The notes under the pieces were generated by a model. It was not told the DNA's origin. It saw only the letters and a list, made by a program, of their open reading frames with translations, and searched no databases. A stretch of DNA of 50,151 bases, taken from contig CADCTP010000001.1 of assembly GCA_902805565.1 (NCBI GenBank), positions 1-50,151 of the forward strand. The letters run 5' to 3'. The DNA is from an uncultured Mycobacteriales bacterium. GTDB lineage: Bacteria; Actinomycetota; Actinomycetes; Mycobacteriales; CADCTP01. The translations under genes were made by a program, and so were the position numbers. Of the stretch, positions 25,683 to 36,158 are shown in pieces; within the stretch, counting starts at the first letter, position 1; each line of letters opens with the position of its first letter.

Positions 25683-28600
25683 ATGTCTGCCAACCTCGCC
25701 GAGCTGCGTTCTCGGCTGCCCGAGCTGACGCTGCGCGACGAGCACCGCCTGCGCCGTCGGCTCGACGGCGTGCGCGCCGACCCGGTGCCGGACGCCCTGG
25801 CCGCCGAGGTGGACCGGGCGGCCGAGCGGGTCGCCCGCCGCCGGGCCGCGGTGCCGGCGGTCAGCTATCCCGAGCAGCTGCCGATCAGCGCCCGCCGGGA
25901 CGACATCCTGGCCGCGATCCGCGACCACCAGGTCGTGGTGGTCGCCGGGGAGACCGGCTCGGGCAAGACCACCCAGCTGCCGAAGATCTGCCTGGAGCTC
26001 GGCCGCGGCGTCCGCGGCCAGATCGGCCACACCCAGCCCCGCCGGATCGCCGCCCGCACGGTCTCGGAGCGGATCGCCGAGGAGCTCGGCGTCGAGCTGG
26101 GCACCGCCATCGGCTACCAGGTCCGGTTCACCGACCGGGCCAACGAGGACACCGCGGTCAAGGTGATGACCGACGGCATCCTGCTCGCCGAGATCCAGCA
26201 CGACCGGATGCTCCGCCGGTACGACACGCTCATCATCGACGAGGCGCACGAGCGCAGCCTGAACATCGACTTCCTGCTCGGCTACCTCAAGCAGCTGCTG
26301 CCCCGCCGGCCGGACCTGAAGCTGATCATCACCTCGGCCACCATCGACCCGGACCGGTTCGCCAAGCACTTCTCCGACGCCCCGGTGATCGAGGTCTCCG
26401 GCCGGACGTACCCGGTGGAGGTCCGCTACCGGCCGCCGCAGGACGGGGTCGACCAGGTCGAGGCGATCTCCGCGGCGGTGGACGAGCTGGCCCTGGAGGC
26501 CCCCGGCGACGTGCTGGTGTTCCTGTCCGGCGAGCGGGAGATCCGGGACACCGCGGAGGCGCTGCGCCGCTCGCTGCCCGCGGACACCGAGGTGCTGCCG
26601 CTGTTCGCCCGGCTGTCCGCGGCCGAGCAGCACAAGGTCTTCGCGCCGCACCCGGGCCGGCGGATCGTGCTGGCCACGAACGTCGCCGAGACCTCGCTGA
26701 CCGTCCCCGGCATCCGGTACGTGGTGGACCCCGGCACCGCCCGCATCTCCCGCTACAGCGCCCGGACCAAGGTGCAGCGGCTGCCCATCGAGCCGGTGTC
26801 CCAGGCCAGCGCCGACCAGCGCAAGGGCCGCTGCGGCCGGGTCGCCGACGGCATCTGCATCCGGCTGTACGACGAGGAGGACTTCGGCTCCCGGCCCCGG
26901 TTCACCGAGCCGGAGGTGCAGCGGACCAACCTGGCCTCGGTCATCCTGCAGATGACCGCGCTCGGGCTGGGCGACGTGGCGGCGTTCCCGTTCGTCGACG
27001 CGCCGGACCGCCGCTCGATCGCCGACGGCGTCGCGCTGCTCAACGAGCTGCGCGCGCTGGAGGACGGCGCGCTGACGCCGCTGGGCCGCAAGCTGGCCCA
27101 GCTGCCCATCGACCCGCGGCTGGGCCGGATGGTGCTGGAGGCGGAGACCAACGGCTGCCTGCACGAGGTGCTGGTGATCACGGCCGCGCTGTCCATCCAG
27201 GACCCGCGGGAGCGGCCGGTGGACAAGCAGGAGGCGGCGGACGCGTCGCACCGGCGGTTCGCCGACCCGGCCTCGGACTTCATGGCCCTGCTCAACCTGT
27301 GGAACTACGTCGAGGACCGCCAGGAGGCGCTGTCGTCCTCGGCGTTCCGCCGGCTGTGCACGGCGGAGTTCCTGCACTACCTGCGGGTCCGCGAGTGGCA
27401 GGACCTCTACGGCCAGCTCCGCTCGGTGCTGCGCCAGCAGGGGACCACGGTCCCGCGGCACGCCGCCGAGGTCGACCCGAAGGCGGTCACCCGGTCGCTG
27501 CTGGCCGGCCTGCTGTCCCACCTCGGGATGCGCGAGGAGACCGGCCCACGCTCCCGCGAGTACGCCGGCGCCCGCGGCGCCCGGTTCGCCCTGTGGCCGG
27601 GGTCCGGGCTGGCCAAGCAGCCGCCGCGCTGGGTGGTCGCGGCCGAGCTGGTGGAGACCTCGCGGCTCTGGGCCCGTACGGCGGCGAAGGTGGAGCCGGA
27701 GTGGGCGGAGGCCCTGGCCGGGCACCTCGCCGTGCACTTCTACTCCGAGCCGCACTGGTCCAAGCGCCGGGCCGGGGTGGTGGCGACCGAGCGGGTCACG
27801 CTGTTCGGGCTGCCGATCGTGGTCGGCCGCAAGGTCGACTACGCCCGGATCGACCCGGAGCTGTCCCGGGAGCTGTTCATCCGGCACGCGCTGGTGGAGG
27901 GGGAGTGGACCTCCCAGCACACGTTCCTGGAGGCCAACCGGGCGCTGCTGGCCGACGTGGAGGAGCTGGAGCACCGGGTCCGCCGGCGCGGGCTGGTCCT
28001 CGACGACGAGCGGCTGTTCGACTTCTACGACCAGCGGATCCCGGCCGACGTGGTCTCCGGCCGGCACTTCGACCAGTGGTGGAAGCAGGAGCGGCGCACC
28101 CGGCCCGACCTGCTCACCTTCACCCGGGAGATGCTCGTCCCCGACGACGTCGACACCGGCGACACCCCGGACGAGTGGACCCAGGGCGGGTTGACGCTGC
28201 CGGTGGCGTACCGGTTCGAGCCGGGGGCGCCGGACGACGGGGTCACCGTCGAGGTGCCGCTGGCCGCCCTGAACCGGGTCCGCCCGGACGGCTTCGACTG
28301 GCAGGTGCCGGCGCTGCGCGAGGAGCTGGTGACCGCGCTGATCCGGTCGCTGCCCAAGCCGCTGCGGCGCAACTTCGTCCCGGCGCCGGACGTGGCCCGG
28401 GCCGTGCTGGCCCGGCTGGAGCCGGGCGCCGAGCCGCTGGTCGAGGCGCTGGCCCGGGAGCTGCGCCGGGCCTCGGGCGCGGACGTGCCGCTGACCGCGT
28501 TCGACTGGGCGAAGGTGCCGGCGCACCTGCGGGCGACGTTCCGGGTGACCGACGGCGCGAAGACGGTGGCCCAGGGCAAGGACCTGGAGCAGCTGCAGCG

Positions 28601-29504
28601 CAAGCTCGGCGCGACCGTCCAGGACGTGCTGTCCGGCGCGGCCCGGTCGATCGAGCGGCGCGGGCTGACCGCCTGGACCGTCGGCACGGTGCCGCGCACC
28701 TTCGAGGCCGGTGGCCTGGTCGGCTTCCCCGCCCTGGTCGACACCGGCGCCGCGGTCGACCTGCGGGTGCTGCCGACCGAGGCCGAGCAGCGGGCCGCGA
28801 TGCCGGCCGGCGTCCGCCGGCTGCTGCTGCTCGGCCAGCCGTCCCCGCTGAAGTGGGTGTCCGCCCGGCTGGACAACCGGACCAAGCTGGCGCTCACCGC
28901 CAACCCGCACGGCTCGCTGGCCGCCCTGCTGGCCGACTGCTCGGCCGCCGCCGCCGACGAGCTGATCGCCGAGGCGGGCGGGCCGCCGTGGGACGCCGAG
29001 GGCTTCGCCAAGCTGGCCGACCGGGCCCGGGCCGAGCTCAACGAGCGGGTGCTGGAGCTGCTGCGCGGCGCCCGCCAGGTGATCGACGTCTGGGGGCCGC
29101 TGACCGCCCGGCTGGAGCGGCCGGTGCCGCCGACGCTGCAGCCCGCGCTGGCCGACCTGCGGGCCCAGCTCGGCCGGCTGGTCGGCCCCGGGTTCGTGTC
29201 CGCCGCCGGCCGGCGCCGGCTGCCGGACCTGCGGCGCTACCTGGCCGGGATGCAGCACCGGCTGGACCGGCTGGCCGGCGACTCGGTCCGGGACGCCGCC
29301 CGGATGGGCCGGGTGCACGCGGTGCAGGCCGAGCTGGACGGGTTCCTGGCCGGGCTGCCGCCGGCCCGCCGGGAGGCCGACGAGGTGCGGCAGCTGCGCT
29401 GGATGGTCGAGGAGCTGCGGATCAGCCTGTTCGCCCAGGCGCTGGGCACCCCGTACCCGGTCTCCGAGCAGCGGATCTACCGGGCCATGGACCAGCTCGG
29501 CTGA
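25683..29504 (+). CDS. hrpA: ATP-dependent RNA helicase HrpA
   Basis: GETGSGKTT, TQPRR, DEAH, SAT, TNVAETSLT, QRKGRCGR, C-terminal EELRISLFAQ.LGT. Confidence 0.96.
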   Translation: MSANLAELRSRLPELTLRDEHRLRRRLDGVRADPVPDALAAEVDRAAERVARRRAAVPAVSYPEQLPISARRDDILAAIRDHQVVVVAGETGSGKTTQLPKICLELGRGVRGQIGHTQPRRIAARTVSERIAEELGVELGTAIGYQVRFTDRANEDTAVKVMTDGILLAEIQHDRMLRRYDTLIIDEAHERSLNIDFLLGYLKQLLPRRPDLKLIITSATIDPDRFAKHFSDAPVIEVSGRTYPVEVRYRPPQDGVDQVEAISAAVDELALEAPGDVLVFLSGEREIRDTAEALRRSLPADTEVLPLFARLSAAEQHKVFAPHPGRRIVLATNVAETSLTVPGIRYVVDPGTARISRYSARTKVQRLPIEPVSQASADQRKGRCGRVADGICIRLYDEEDFGSRPRFTEPEVQRTNLASVILQMTALGLGDVAAFPFVDAPDRRSIADGVALLNELRALEDGALTPLGRKLAQLPIDPRLGRMVLEAETNGCLHEVLVITAALSIQDPRERPVDKQEAADASHRRFADPASDFMALLNLWNYVEDRQEALSSSAFRRLCTAEFLHYLRVREWQDLYGQLRSVLRQQGTTVPRHAAEVDPKAVTRSLLAGLLSHLGMREETGPRSREYAGARGARFALWPGSGLAKQPPRWVVAAELVETSRLWARTAAKVEPEWAEALAGHLAVHFYSEPHWSKRRAGVVATERVTLFGLPIVVGRKVDYARIDPELSRELFIRHALVEGEWTSQHTFLEANRALLADVEELEHRVRRRGLVLDDERLFDFYDQRIPADVVSGRHFDQWWKQERRTRPDLLTFTREMLVPDDVDTGDTPDEWTQGGLTLPVAYRFEPGAPDDGVTVEVPLAALNRVRPDGFDWQVPALREELVTALIRSLPKPLRRNFVPAPDVARAVLARLEPGAEPLVEALARELRRASGADVPLTAFDWAKVPAHLRATFRVTDGAKTVAQGKDLEQLQRKLGATVQDVLSGAARSIERRGLTAWTVGTVPRTFEAGGLVGFPALVDTGAAVDLRVLPTEAEQRAAMPAGVRRLLLLGQPSPLKWVSARLDNRTKLALTANPHGSLAALLADCSAAAADELIAEAGGPPWDAEGFAKLADRARAELNERVLELLRGARQVIDVWGPLTARLERPVPPTLQPALADLRAQLGRLVGPGFVSAAGRRRLPDLRRYLAGMQHRLDRLAGDSVRDAARMGRVHAVQAELDGFLAGLPPARREADEVRQLRWMVEELRISLFAQALGTPYPVSEQRIYRAMDQLG

Positions 29505-30508
29505 AGCGTGCTCTCCCGCACCACCAGCTGGTGCCCGACCAGCACCTCGCGGGGCGGGCCGCCGGGCCCCTCGGTCATCCGGGACAGCAGGAACTCCAGC
29601 GCCAGCGCGGCGATCCGCGGCTTGTCCGGCCGGATCGTGGTCAGCGTCGGGGTGGAGAACCGGCCGTCCTCGATGTCGTCGAACCCGACCACCGCCACGT
29701 CGTCCGGCGCCCGCCGGCCGTGCACGGCCAGCGTCCGCAGCGCGCCCAGGGCGAGCAGGTCGGCGAAGCACAGCACCGCGTCCGGTGGCTCCGGCAGCGC
29801 GAGCAGCCGGGCCATCGACTCGGCGCCGTCGGCCCGGTGGTACGCCTGGGCCGGGATGACCAGCTCCTCCTCGTACGGCAGGCCGGCCTCGGCCAGCGCC
29901 CGCCGGTAGCCCGCCAGCCGCAGGTGCGAGGTGATCCCGGAGGAGACGTGCCGCTGGTCGCCGATGGCCGCGATCCGCCGCCGGCCGAGCGCGACCAGGT
30001 GCGCGGTGGCGTCCCGGGCCGCGGCCACGTTGTCGATCACCACGTGGTCGGCCGGGCCGCCGCTGACCCGCTCGCCCAGCAGCACCATCGGGGTGTCGTC
30101 CTGCCGGGCGTCCAGCTCCTCCCGGCCCATCGCGATCGGGCTGAAGATCAGCCCGTCCAGCAGGTGGGTGCGCATCCCCTCCGCGATCAGCAGCTCCCGC
30201 TCCAGCACCCCGCTGGTCTGGTCGACCAGCACGGTCCAGGACTGCTCGGCGGCGGCGTCCACGATCAACGCCGCCAGCTCCGAGAAATACGGTATGCCGA
30301 GATCGGGCACGGCGAGCCCGACGATGCCGGACCGGCCCTTGCGCAGGGTCCGGGCGGCCTGGTTCGGCCGGTAGTTCAGCTCGCCGATCGCGGTCAGCAC
30401 CCGCTGCCGGGTGGTGTCGGTGACGTGCGGGTGGTCGTTGACCACGTTCGACACGGTCTTCACCGACACCCCGGCCAGCTTCGCGACGTCCCTCAGGCTG
30501 GCGCCCAT
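29477..30508 (-). CDS. LacI-family transcriptional regulator
   Basis: SLRDVAKLAGVSVKTVSNV helix-turn-helix, YRPN..AR.L, GFDD, PTLTT. Overlaps the 3' end of hrpA by 28 nt. Confidence 0.95.
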   Translation of the reverse strand: MGASLRDVAKLAGVSVKTVSNVVNDHPHVTDTTRQRVLTAIGELNYRPNQAARTLRKGRSGIVGLAVPDLGIPYFSELAALIVDAAAEQSWTVLVDQTSGVLERELLIAEGMRTHLLDGLIFSPIAMGREELDARQDDTPMVLLGERVSGGPADHVVIDNVAAARDATAHLVALGRRRIAAIGDQRHVSSGITSHLRLAGYRRALAEAGLPYEEELVIPAQAYHRADGAESMARLLALPEPPDAVLCFADLLALGALRTLAVHGRRAPDDVAVVGFDDIEDGRFSTPTLTTIRPDKPRIAALALEFLLSRMTEGPGGPPREVLVGHQLVVRESTLQPSWSMAR

Positions 30509-30513
30509 GCGAC

Positions 30514-31341
30514 TCACCCTCCCATTCGCAGCCCCTCGATGTCGTGCCGCTGGGTCAGCGGCCGCAGTTCGTCCACCACGTCGGTGACCCGCAACCGGTC
30601 CAGCACCGCCACCGGGAGCCTCGCCGCGTACTCGCGGCTGAGCACCAACTGGTGGGCCTCGGTGTCCACCTGCGGGGCCACCGCGCCGAGGATCAGCACC
30701 GGCCGGGACACCCCGGACCGGTTGGCCGTGCCGCGGTGCAGGGCCAGGCCGGTGCGGACCGAGGCGTCGCCGACCCGGGGCAGCTTCGGCACCGCGCGCG
30801 CGGCGTAGTCGGCGCTCTGCCGCGGGAACATGCCGTACTCGAAGTCGTCGTCCGGGTCGAGGTGGCTGCCCGGGACGATCTGCAGCGGGCCCATCTCGGG
30901 CCGGACGGTGACCGTGGTGACGTTGAACGCCAGCGAGGACAGCCGCGTCTCGCCCGCCGGCCGCCGGAAGTCGCGGTGCCACGGCTGGTCCTGCGCGCCC
31001 GGCAGCGGGACGTCGAACCCGACCTCGGCGATCCGCCAGTCCGGGCCGAGCATCAGGTCGCACACGCCGGTCACGTACGGGTGGGTGAGCAGGTCGAGGA
31101 AGCCGGACAGCTTCTCCGGGTGCACGCAGAAGTAGTAGCGGTGCGGGCCGCGGCCCACGGTGCCGCCGGGGTGCGCCCGGGCCTCGGCGTCGACGACGTC
31201 GAAGTCGGCCCGCAGCCGGGCGACCCAGGCCGGGTCCAGCGCGCCGGGGAGTCCGGCGATGCCGTCCCGCTCCACCACCGCGGCCACGGCGGCCGGGTCG
31301 AGGGCGGGCGGGGGCATGGTGAGGGTGGGGGACAGGGACAC
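30514..31341 (-). CDS. PhyH-family Fe(II)/2-oxoglutarate dioxygenase
   Basis: QPWHRD (HxD), MGPLQIVPGSH, LHRGTAN...RP; RBS GGAGG. Confidence 0.85.
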   Translation of the reverse strand: MSLSPTLTMPPPALDPAAVAAVVERDGIAGLPGALDPAWVARLRADFDVVDAEARAHPGGTVGRGPHRYYFCVHPEKLSGFLDLLTHPYVTGVCDLMLGPDWRIAEVGFDVPLPGAQDQPWHRDFRRPAGETRLSSLAFNVTTVTVRPEMGPLQIVPGSHLDPDDDFEYGMFPRQSADYAARAVPKLPRVGDASVRTGLALHRGTANRSGVSRPVLILGAVAPQVDTEAHQLVLSREYAARLPVAVLDRLRVTDVVDELRPLTQRHDIEGLRMGG

Positions 31342-31390
31342 GGGGACCTCCGTTTTTTCGAAGGTGAACACGGACGGTGGTGCGGCCGGG

Positions 31391-32368
31391 TCAGGGCTCG
31401 ACCGGGCAGTACGGCAGGTCGTCGGCGTCCCAGCGCAGCGGCAGGATGCCGAACTGCCGGGGCCGGTCGGGGTCGGTGCGGAAGTGGAAGCAGAGCAGGT
31501 CCTCGAGCACGCTGCAGTGCCCGGGACCGTGCACGCCGCGCCCGGGCATCGGCGCCAGCAGGCAGCGGTCCGGGGTGGGGCTGAGGTCCACCCACCGGCC
31601 GTCCCGCTCGCGGAGCACGCCGACGCCGTAGAACCCGGCGAAGTTGCCACCGCTGTAGAGCAGCGTGCGTCGCCCGCCCGGGGAGACCAGCGCCACCGGT
31701 CCCTCCATCGTGTACCACCGGACGGTGGACCCGGCCGCCCAGTCCACGCCGGGGATCGGCTTCCACGGCATCGACCGGGCCGGGTCGTAGAGCTGCCAGT
31801 CGCTGCGGGAGCGGGCCACCGGCCGCGGGGCCGAGGTGCGCCGGCGCAGGTCCGGGCTGAGGTCGGCCTCCCACAGACCGGTGCCGTACGGCTCGTCGCC
31901 GATGTAGTCGGCGGCGAAGGTCAGCAGGGGGCCGCCCGGGCCGTCGGACACGTCGGCGTCGATGGCGAAGTCGATGTCGGGGGTGAGCACCTCGCCGGAG
32001 TCGACGAACGGGCCCTCCGGCCGCTCGCTGTCGGCCCGGCGCAGCCGGTGCTCGCGGTGCCCGTCGACCTCGCCGGTGCCGCGGGCCCGGGAGTAGAGCA
32101 TCACCCACGGGCGGGGCAGGCCCGGCACGTACCGCACGCACGGCGCCCAGCACCACGCCCGGCCGTCGTCGAGGAGGCTGTCGCCGAGGCGGGTCCAGCG
32201 CAGCAGGTCGTCCGAGCCGTACACCGGGAAACCGGTGCCGGAGACGTAGACGAAGTAGCGGAAGGCGCCGTCCGCGCCGGGCGGGACGGACACCAGGTAA
32301 GGGTCGCCCTGGTCCACGTCCGGCTCGGGGCACAACGGTGTGCCGAACCGCTCGACCAGTGCCTCCAC
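31391..32368 (-). CDS. Cytoplasmic GH43 glycoside hydrolase
   Basis: GDPY (base), SDDL..W, WAP, AIDAD, MEGP (acid), GPGH; no signal peptide. Confidence 0.85.
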   Translation of the reverse strand: MEALVERFGTPLCPEPDVDQGDPYLVSVPPGADGAFRYFVYVSGTGFPVYGSDDLLRWTRLGDSLLDDGRAWCWAPCVRYVPGLPRPWVMLYSRARGTGEVDGHREHRLRRADSERPEGPFVDSGEVLTPDIDFAIDADVSDGPGGPLLTFAADYIGDEPYGTGLWEADLSPDLRRRTSAPRPVARSRSDWQLYDPARSMPWKPIPGVDWAAGSTVRWYTMEGPVALVSPGGRRTLLYSGGNFAGFYGVGVLRERDGRWVDLSPTPDRCLLAPMPGRGVHGPGHCSVLEDLLCFHFRTDPDRPRQFGILPLRWDADDLPYCPVEP

Positions 32369-32399
32369 CAGCGCCTCCCACCGTTACCCAACCGATCTT

Positions 32400-32411
32400 T
32401 ACAACGTTGTA
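32400..32411. promoter_or_regulatory. LacI-family operator TACAACGTTGTA
   Basis: Perfect AT-rich 12-bp palindrome in the 102-bp gap between the divergent GH43 operons; a LacI gene is in the leftward operon. Confidence 0.8.
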
Positions 32412-32470
32412 CAGCACGTCCTACGCTCCCGGAAAGTCCCCGCATTTCGTGGATGTTTCGGAGGTCAGCG

Positions 32471-34789
32471 ATGACCCGACGGCCGCTGCGCCGTTCCTCC
32501 CTCGCGGTGCTGTGTGTGCTGGCGGGTGTGTTCGGCGTGCTCGCCACGCCGGCCTCCGCCGCGCCCGGCACCGCGCCCGCCGCCGGTTACCAGAACCCGG
32601 TGAGCGACACGTTCGCCGACACCTACGCCGACCCCGCGGTCGTCCGCGGCCGGGACGGCTGGTGGTACGCGTACGCCACCACCGACCCGCTCCGCTCCGG
32701 CGAGCGGGTCTTCCACCGCATCCCGATGTCCCGCTCCCGTGACCTGGTCAACTGGGAGTACGTCGGCGACGCCTTCCCGCAGGGCGCGGCCGGGCTGCCG
32801 TCCTGGGCCGCGCCGGACGCGGCGCTGTGGGCGCCCGACATCCGCTACGTCGCCGGTCGCTGGGTGATGTACTTCGTCGTCACCCAGACCACCGTCACGG
32901 CCGGGCCGAACGACAACGCGATCGGGGTGGCCACCGCGCCGACCCCGACCGGCCCGTGGACCCACTCCGGCGCCGGCCCGGTGGTCGGCCCCCGCCCGGG
33001 CCAGAGCGGCAACCCGGACGACTTCCTGTGGACCTTCGACCCGGCCCACCTGGTCGCCGCCGACGGCCGGCAGTACCTGTACTACGGCTCGTACTACGGC
33101 GGCATCTACGCGACCGAGCTGAGCGCGGACGGCACCCGCACCGTAGGCAGCCCGACGCAGGTCGCGATCGACAACCGGTACGAGGGCGCGTACGTCGTCC
33201 CCCGCGACGGCTGGTACTACCTCTTCGCCTCCTCCAGCAACTGCTGCGCGGGCCCGGTGACCGGCTACAGCGTCTTCGTCGGCCGGTCGCGCAGCCCGCT
33301 CGGGCCGTTCGTGGACGAGCAGGGCATCCCGCTGACCGCGTCCCGGACCGGCGGCAGCATCGTGATCACGCCGAACGGCAACCGCTGGGTCGGCACCGGC
33401 CACAACGCCGTGGTCAGCGACCCGTCCGGGCAGGACTGGTTCGTCTACCACGCGATCGACCGCAACGACCCGTACCTCGACGAGCCGTTCGGGGTCAACC
33501 GCCGGCCGATGCTGATCGACCGGCTGGACTGGATCAACGGCTGGCCGACCGTCCGCGCCGACCGGTGGGCCTCCGACGGCCCGCAGCAGGGACCGGCGAC
33601 CACCCGGCTGGCGGACGCCTTCGAGAGCGGCACCTTCTCGCGGCTGTGGAACAAGCGCACCGGCGGCTGGACCATCGCCGCCGGGCCGGACGGCAGGTTC
33701 GCCCGGCAGGAGTCGACGGACTGCCGGCCCACCGCGCTGGAGAGCCGGGCCGGGCTGGGCGGGGACGTCCGCGTCCGGGCCGCGGTCCGGACCGACGCCG
33801 GCGGCACCGCGGGCCTCGCCCTCGGCCGCCGCGGCAACCGCTGGGGGACCGAGGTCACCGTGCGGGACAGCGGGCTGACCGTCCGGTCGGGCGGCCGCAC
33901 CTGGTCGGCCCCGCTGCCGGGCGCGCTCGCGCCGCGGGACTGGCACGAGCTCGCGGTCGAGGTCCGCGACGGGGTGCTGACCGCCGAGTACGGCCCGTCC
34001 GGGCTCCCCGGCCACGAGGTCGTCACCCTGCGGGCCCGGGTCGGTGCCGGCGCGACGGCCGGGCGCTTCGGCGCGCTGGCCGGCTGCGGCGACGTCGACG
34101 ACGTGACCGCGGCCCGCGTGTACACCCCGGTCGTCCGGGCCGTGGCGGCGCCGCGGGTCGGCACCGTGGACCCGCGGTACTCCGACGAGTTCACCGGTGC
34201 CCTGGAGCCGCAGTGGACCTGGGTGCGCGAGCCGGCCGACCTGCCCAAGGTCGTCGGCGGCCAGCTGATCTGGCCGACCCAGGCCGCGGACCTGACCGGC
34301 GACTCGGACAGCGCCTCGGTGCTGCTGCGGGACGCCCCGGCCGGCGACTACACCGTCGAGACCAAGGTGACCCTCCCGCTGGGCGAGAACGACGTCCGCA
34401 ACTTCCAGCAGGCCGGGCTGATCGTCTACGAGAACGACGACGACTTCCTCCGGTTCACCCACGTGGCGATCTGGAACACCCGCACCACCGAGTACGGCAA
34501 GGAGCAGGTCTTCGCCGGGCGGCCGTCGTACGGCTCGATGCTCGTCGCCCCGCCGGCCGACACCACCTGGCTGCGGCTGTCGCACCGGACCTCGGCCACC
34601 GGCGAGCACGTCTTCCGGGCCGCGGTGAGCACCGACGGCACGACCTGGACCTGGGGCGGCAGCTGGACGCTGCCGGCCTCCGCGAACCCGCGCATCGGTC
34701 TCGTCTCGCACGGTGCGGGCGGGCCGGCCGCGGAGCAGGTCCCTCCCGCGACCGCCGAGTTCGACTACTTCCGCGTCCTGCGGCCCTGA
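32471..34789 (+). CDS. Secreted GH43 (arabinanase/furanosidase-like) with C-terminal beta-sandwich domains
   Basis: Signal peptide ending ASA; ADP, WAPD, FDP, YEG, GTGHN; C-terminal SDEF...QAGL ConA-like module. Confidence 0.9.
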   Translation: MTRRPLRRSSLAVLCVLAGVFGVLATPASAAPGTAPAAGYQNPVSDTFADTYADPAVVRGRDGWWYAYATTDPLRSGERVFHRIPMSRSRDLVNWEYVGDAFPQGAAGLPSWAAPDAALWAPDIRYVAGRWVMYFVVTQTTVTAGPNDNAIGVATAPTPTGPWTHSGAGPVVGPRPGQSGNPDDFLWTFDPAHLVAADGRQYLYYGSYYGGIYATELSADGTRTVGSPTQVAIDNRYEGAYVVPRDGWYYLFASSSNCCAGPVTGYSVFVGRSRSPLGPFVDEQGIPLTASRTGGSIVITPNGNRWVGTGHNAVVSDPSGQDWFVYHAIDRNDPYLDEPFGVNRRPMLIDRLDWINGWPTVRADRWASDGPQQGPATTRLADAFESGTFSRLWNKRTGGWTIAAGPDGRFARQESTDCRPTALESRAGLGGDVRVRAAVRTDAGGTAGLALGRRGNRWGTEVTVRDSGLTVRSGGRTWSAPLPGALAPRDWHELAVEVRDGVLTAEYGPSGLPGHEVVTLRARVGAGATAGRFGALAGCGDVDDVTAARVYTPVVRAVAAPRVGTVDPRYSDEFTGALEPQWTWVREPADLPKVVGGQLIWPTQAADLTGDSDSASVLLRDAPAGDYTVETKVTLPLGENDVRNFQQAGLIVYENDDDFLRFTHVAIWNTRTTEYGKEQVFAGRPSYGSMLVAPPADTTWLRLSHRTSATGEHVFRAAVSTDGTTWTWGGSWTLPASANPRIGLVSHGAGGPAAEQVPPATAEFDYFRVLRP

Positions 34790-34820
34790 CCCTCCCGCGC
34801 GCTCAGAAGGAGCTTCATCC

Positions 34821-36155
34821 ATGACCCGATCCGACTACTCCCGGCGTAACTTCCTCGGCCTCTCGGCCGCGGTCGGCGCGGCCGGTCTCACCGCCGCCTG
34901 TGGCGGCGGCACCTCCGGCCCGCCGGGGACCGAGCAGCAGGGCGGCGGCGGCGAGTTCACCGGCAAGTACGAGGGCCCGAACGTCGCCCTCGCGTTCTGG
35001 AACGGCTTCACCGGCGGCGACGGCCCGTACATGAAGAAGCTGGTCGACCAGTTCAACACCGAGCACCCGAACATCAAGGTCACCATGACCACGATCCGGT
35101 GGCAGGACTACTACCAGAAGGTGCCGGCCGCGGTGCAGTCCGGCCAGGGCCCGGACGTCGGCGCGGCGCACCAGGACAACCTGGCCACGCTGGCCGCGCG
35201 CCGCTCGATCCAGCCGCTGGACGACATCGCCAAGGAGCTGAAGCTCGAGGAGAGCGACTTCATCCCGGCGGTCTGGAAGGGCGGGATCTACCAGGACAAG
35301 CGGTACGGCATCCCGCTGGACGTCCACTCCCTCGCGCAGTACTGGAACTCCGACCAGTTGTCGAAGGCGGGCCTGGACGCGCCGCCGGCGAACCGGCAGG
35401 AGTTCGAGCAGGCGGTGTCCAAGCTGAAGTCCGGTGGCCAGGCGAACCCGTTCTGGATGCCGTCGCTGTGGCCGGCCCACCTGATCTTCTTCTCCCTCAT
35501 CTGGCAGAACGGCGGCGCGCCGTACTCCGAGGACGGGCAGAGCGCGACCTTCAACTCCCAGGAGGGCGTCGAGGCGCTGACCTGGATGGTCGACCAGATC
35601 AAGGGCGGCGCCAGCCCGAAGAACGTCGCGATCGACACCCAGTACAACGCGTTCAAGACCGGCCGCAACGCCGGCACGTTCGACGGCATCTGGCAGATCA
35701 ACGACCTGAAGGCCACCGCTCCGAAGCTGAAGTGGGAGATGGCCGCGGTCCCGCAGATCTTCGACGAGAAGGCCGTCTGGTCCAACGGGCACAACTTCGT
35801 GCTCATGACCCAGCGCAAGCCCGACGACAACAAGACCCAGGCGGCCAAGGTCTTCATCAACTACATCAGCGAGAAGTCCGCCGAGTGGGGCAACTCGGGC
35901 ATGATCCCGGCCCGCAACTCCGCCCGCGCGGATGCGTCCTTCTCCAAGCTGGAGCAGGCCAAGGTCGCCACGGACGTGGAGTCGTTCCGCTTCCTGCCGG
36001 CGGTGCCCGGCATCGGTGACGTCACCTTCCAGGGCATCGAGCAGGCCATCAGCAAGGCGACGCTGCTGCAGGCGTCTCCGAAGGAGGCGCTGGACGCCTC
36101 GGCCGGGGTGGCGAACAAGCTGCTCGAGGAGAACCGCAAGAAGTTCGGCGGCTGA
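34821..36155 (+). CDS. Sugar ABC substrate-binding protein, Tat lipoprotein
   Basis: SRRNFL Tat motif, LTAAC lipobox, WNGFTGGDG, YGIPLD. Confidence 0.92.
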   Translation: MTRSDYSRRNFLGLSAAVGAAGLTAACGGGTSGPPGTEQQGGGGEFTGKYEGPNVALAFWNGFTGGDGPYMKKLVDQFNTEHPNIKVTMTTIRWQDYYQKVPAAVQSGQGPDVGAAHQDNLATLAARRSIQPLDDIAKELKLEESDFIPAVWKGGIYQDKRYGIPLDVHSLAQYWNSDQLSKAGLDAPPANRQEFEQAVSKLKSGGQANPFWMPSLWPAHLIFFSLIWQNGGAPYSEDGQSATFNSQEGVEALTWMVDQIKGGASPKNVAIDTQYNAFKTGRNAGTFDGIWQINDLKATAPKLKWEMAAVPQIFDEKAVWSNGHNFVLMTQRKPDDNKTQAAKVFINYISEKSAEWGNSGMIPARNSARADASFSKLEQAKVATDVESFRFLPAVPGIGDVTFQGIEQAISKATLLQASPKEALDASAGVANKLLEENRKKFGG

Positions 36156-36158
36156 GCC

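Noticed and set aside
24525-30808. Giant ORFs of 1748 aa (-) and 1712 aa (+)
   Set aside because: Shadow frames of hrpA caused by stop-codon scarcity at high GC. Only the last 143 aa of the minus ORF (OsmC) are real.
31160-32470. N-terminal extension of the 1209-aa GH43 ORF
   Set aside because: Antisense to the cytoplasmic GH43 gene; the RBS and signal peptide place the start at 32471.
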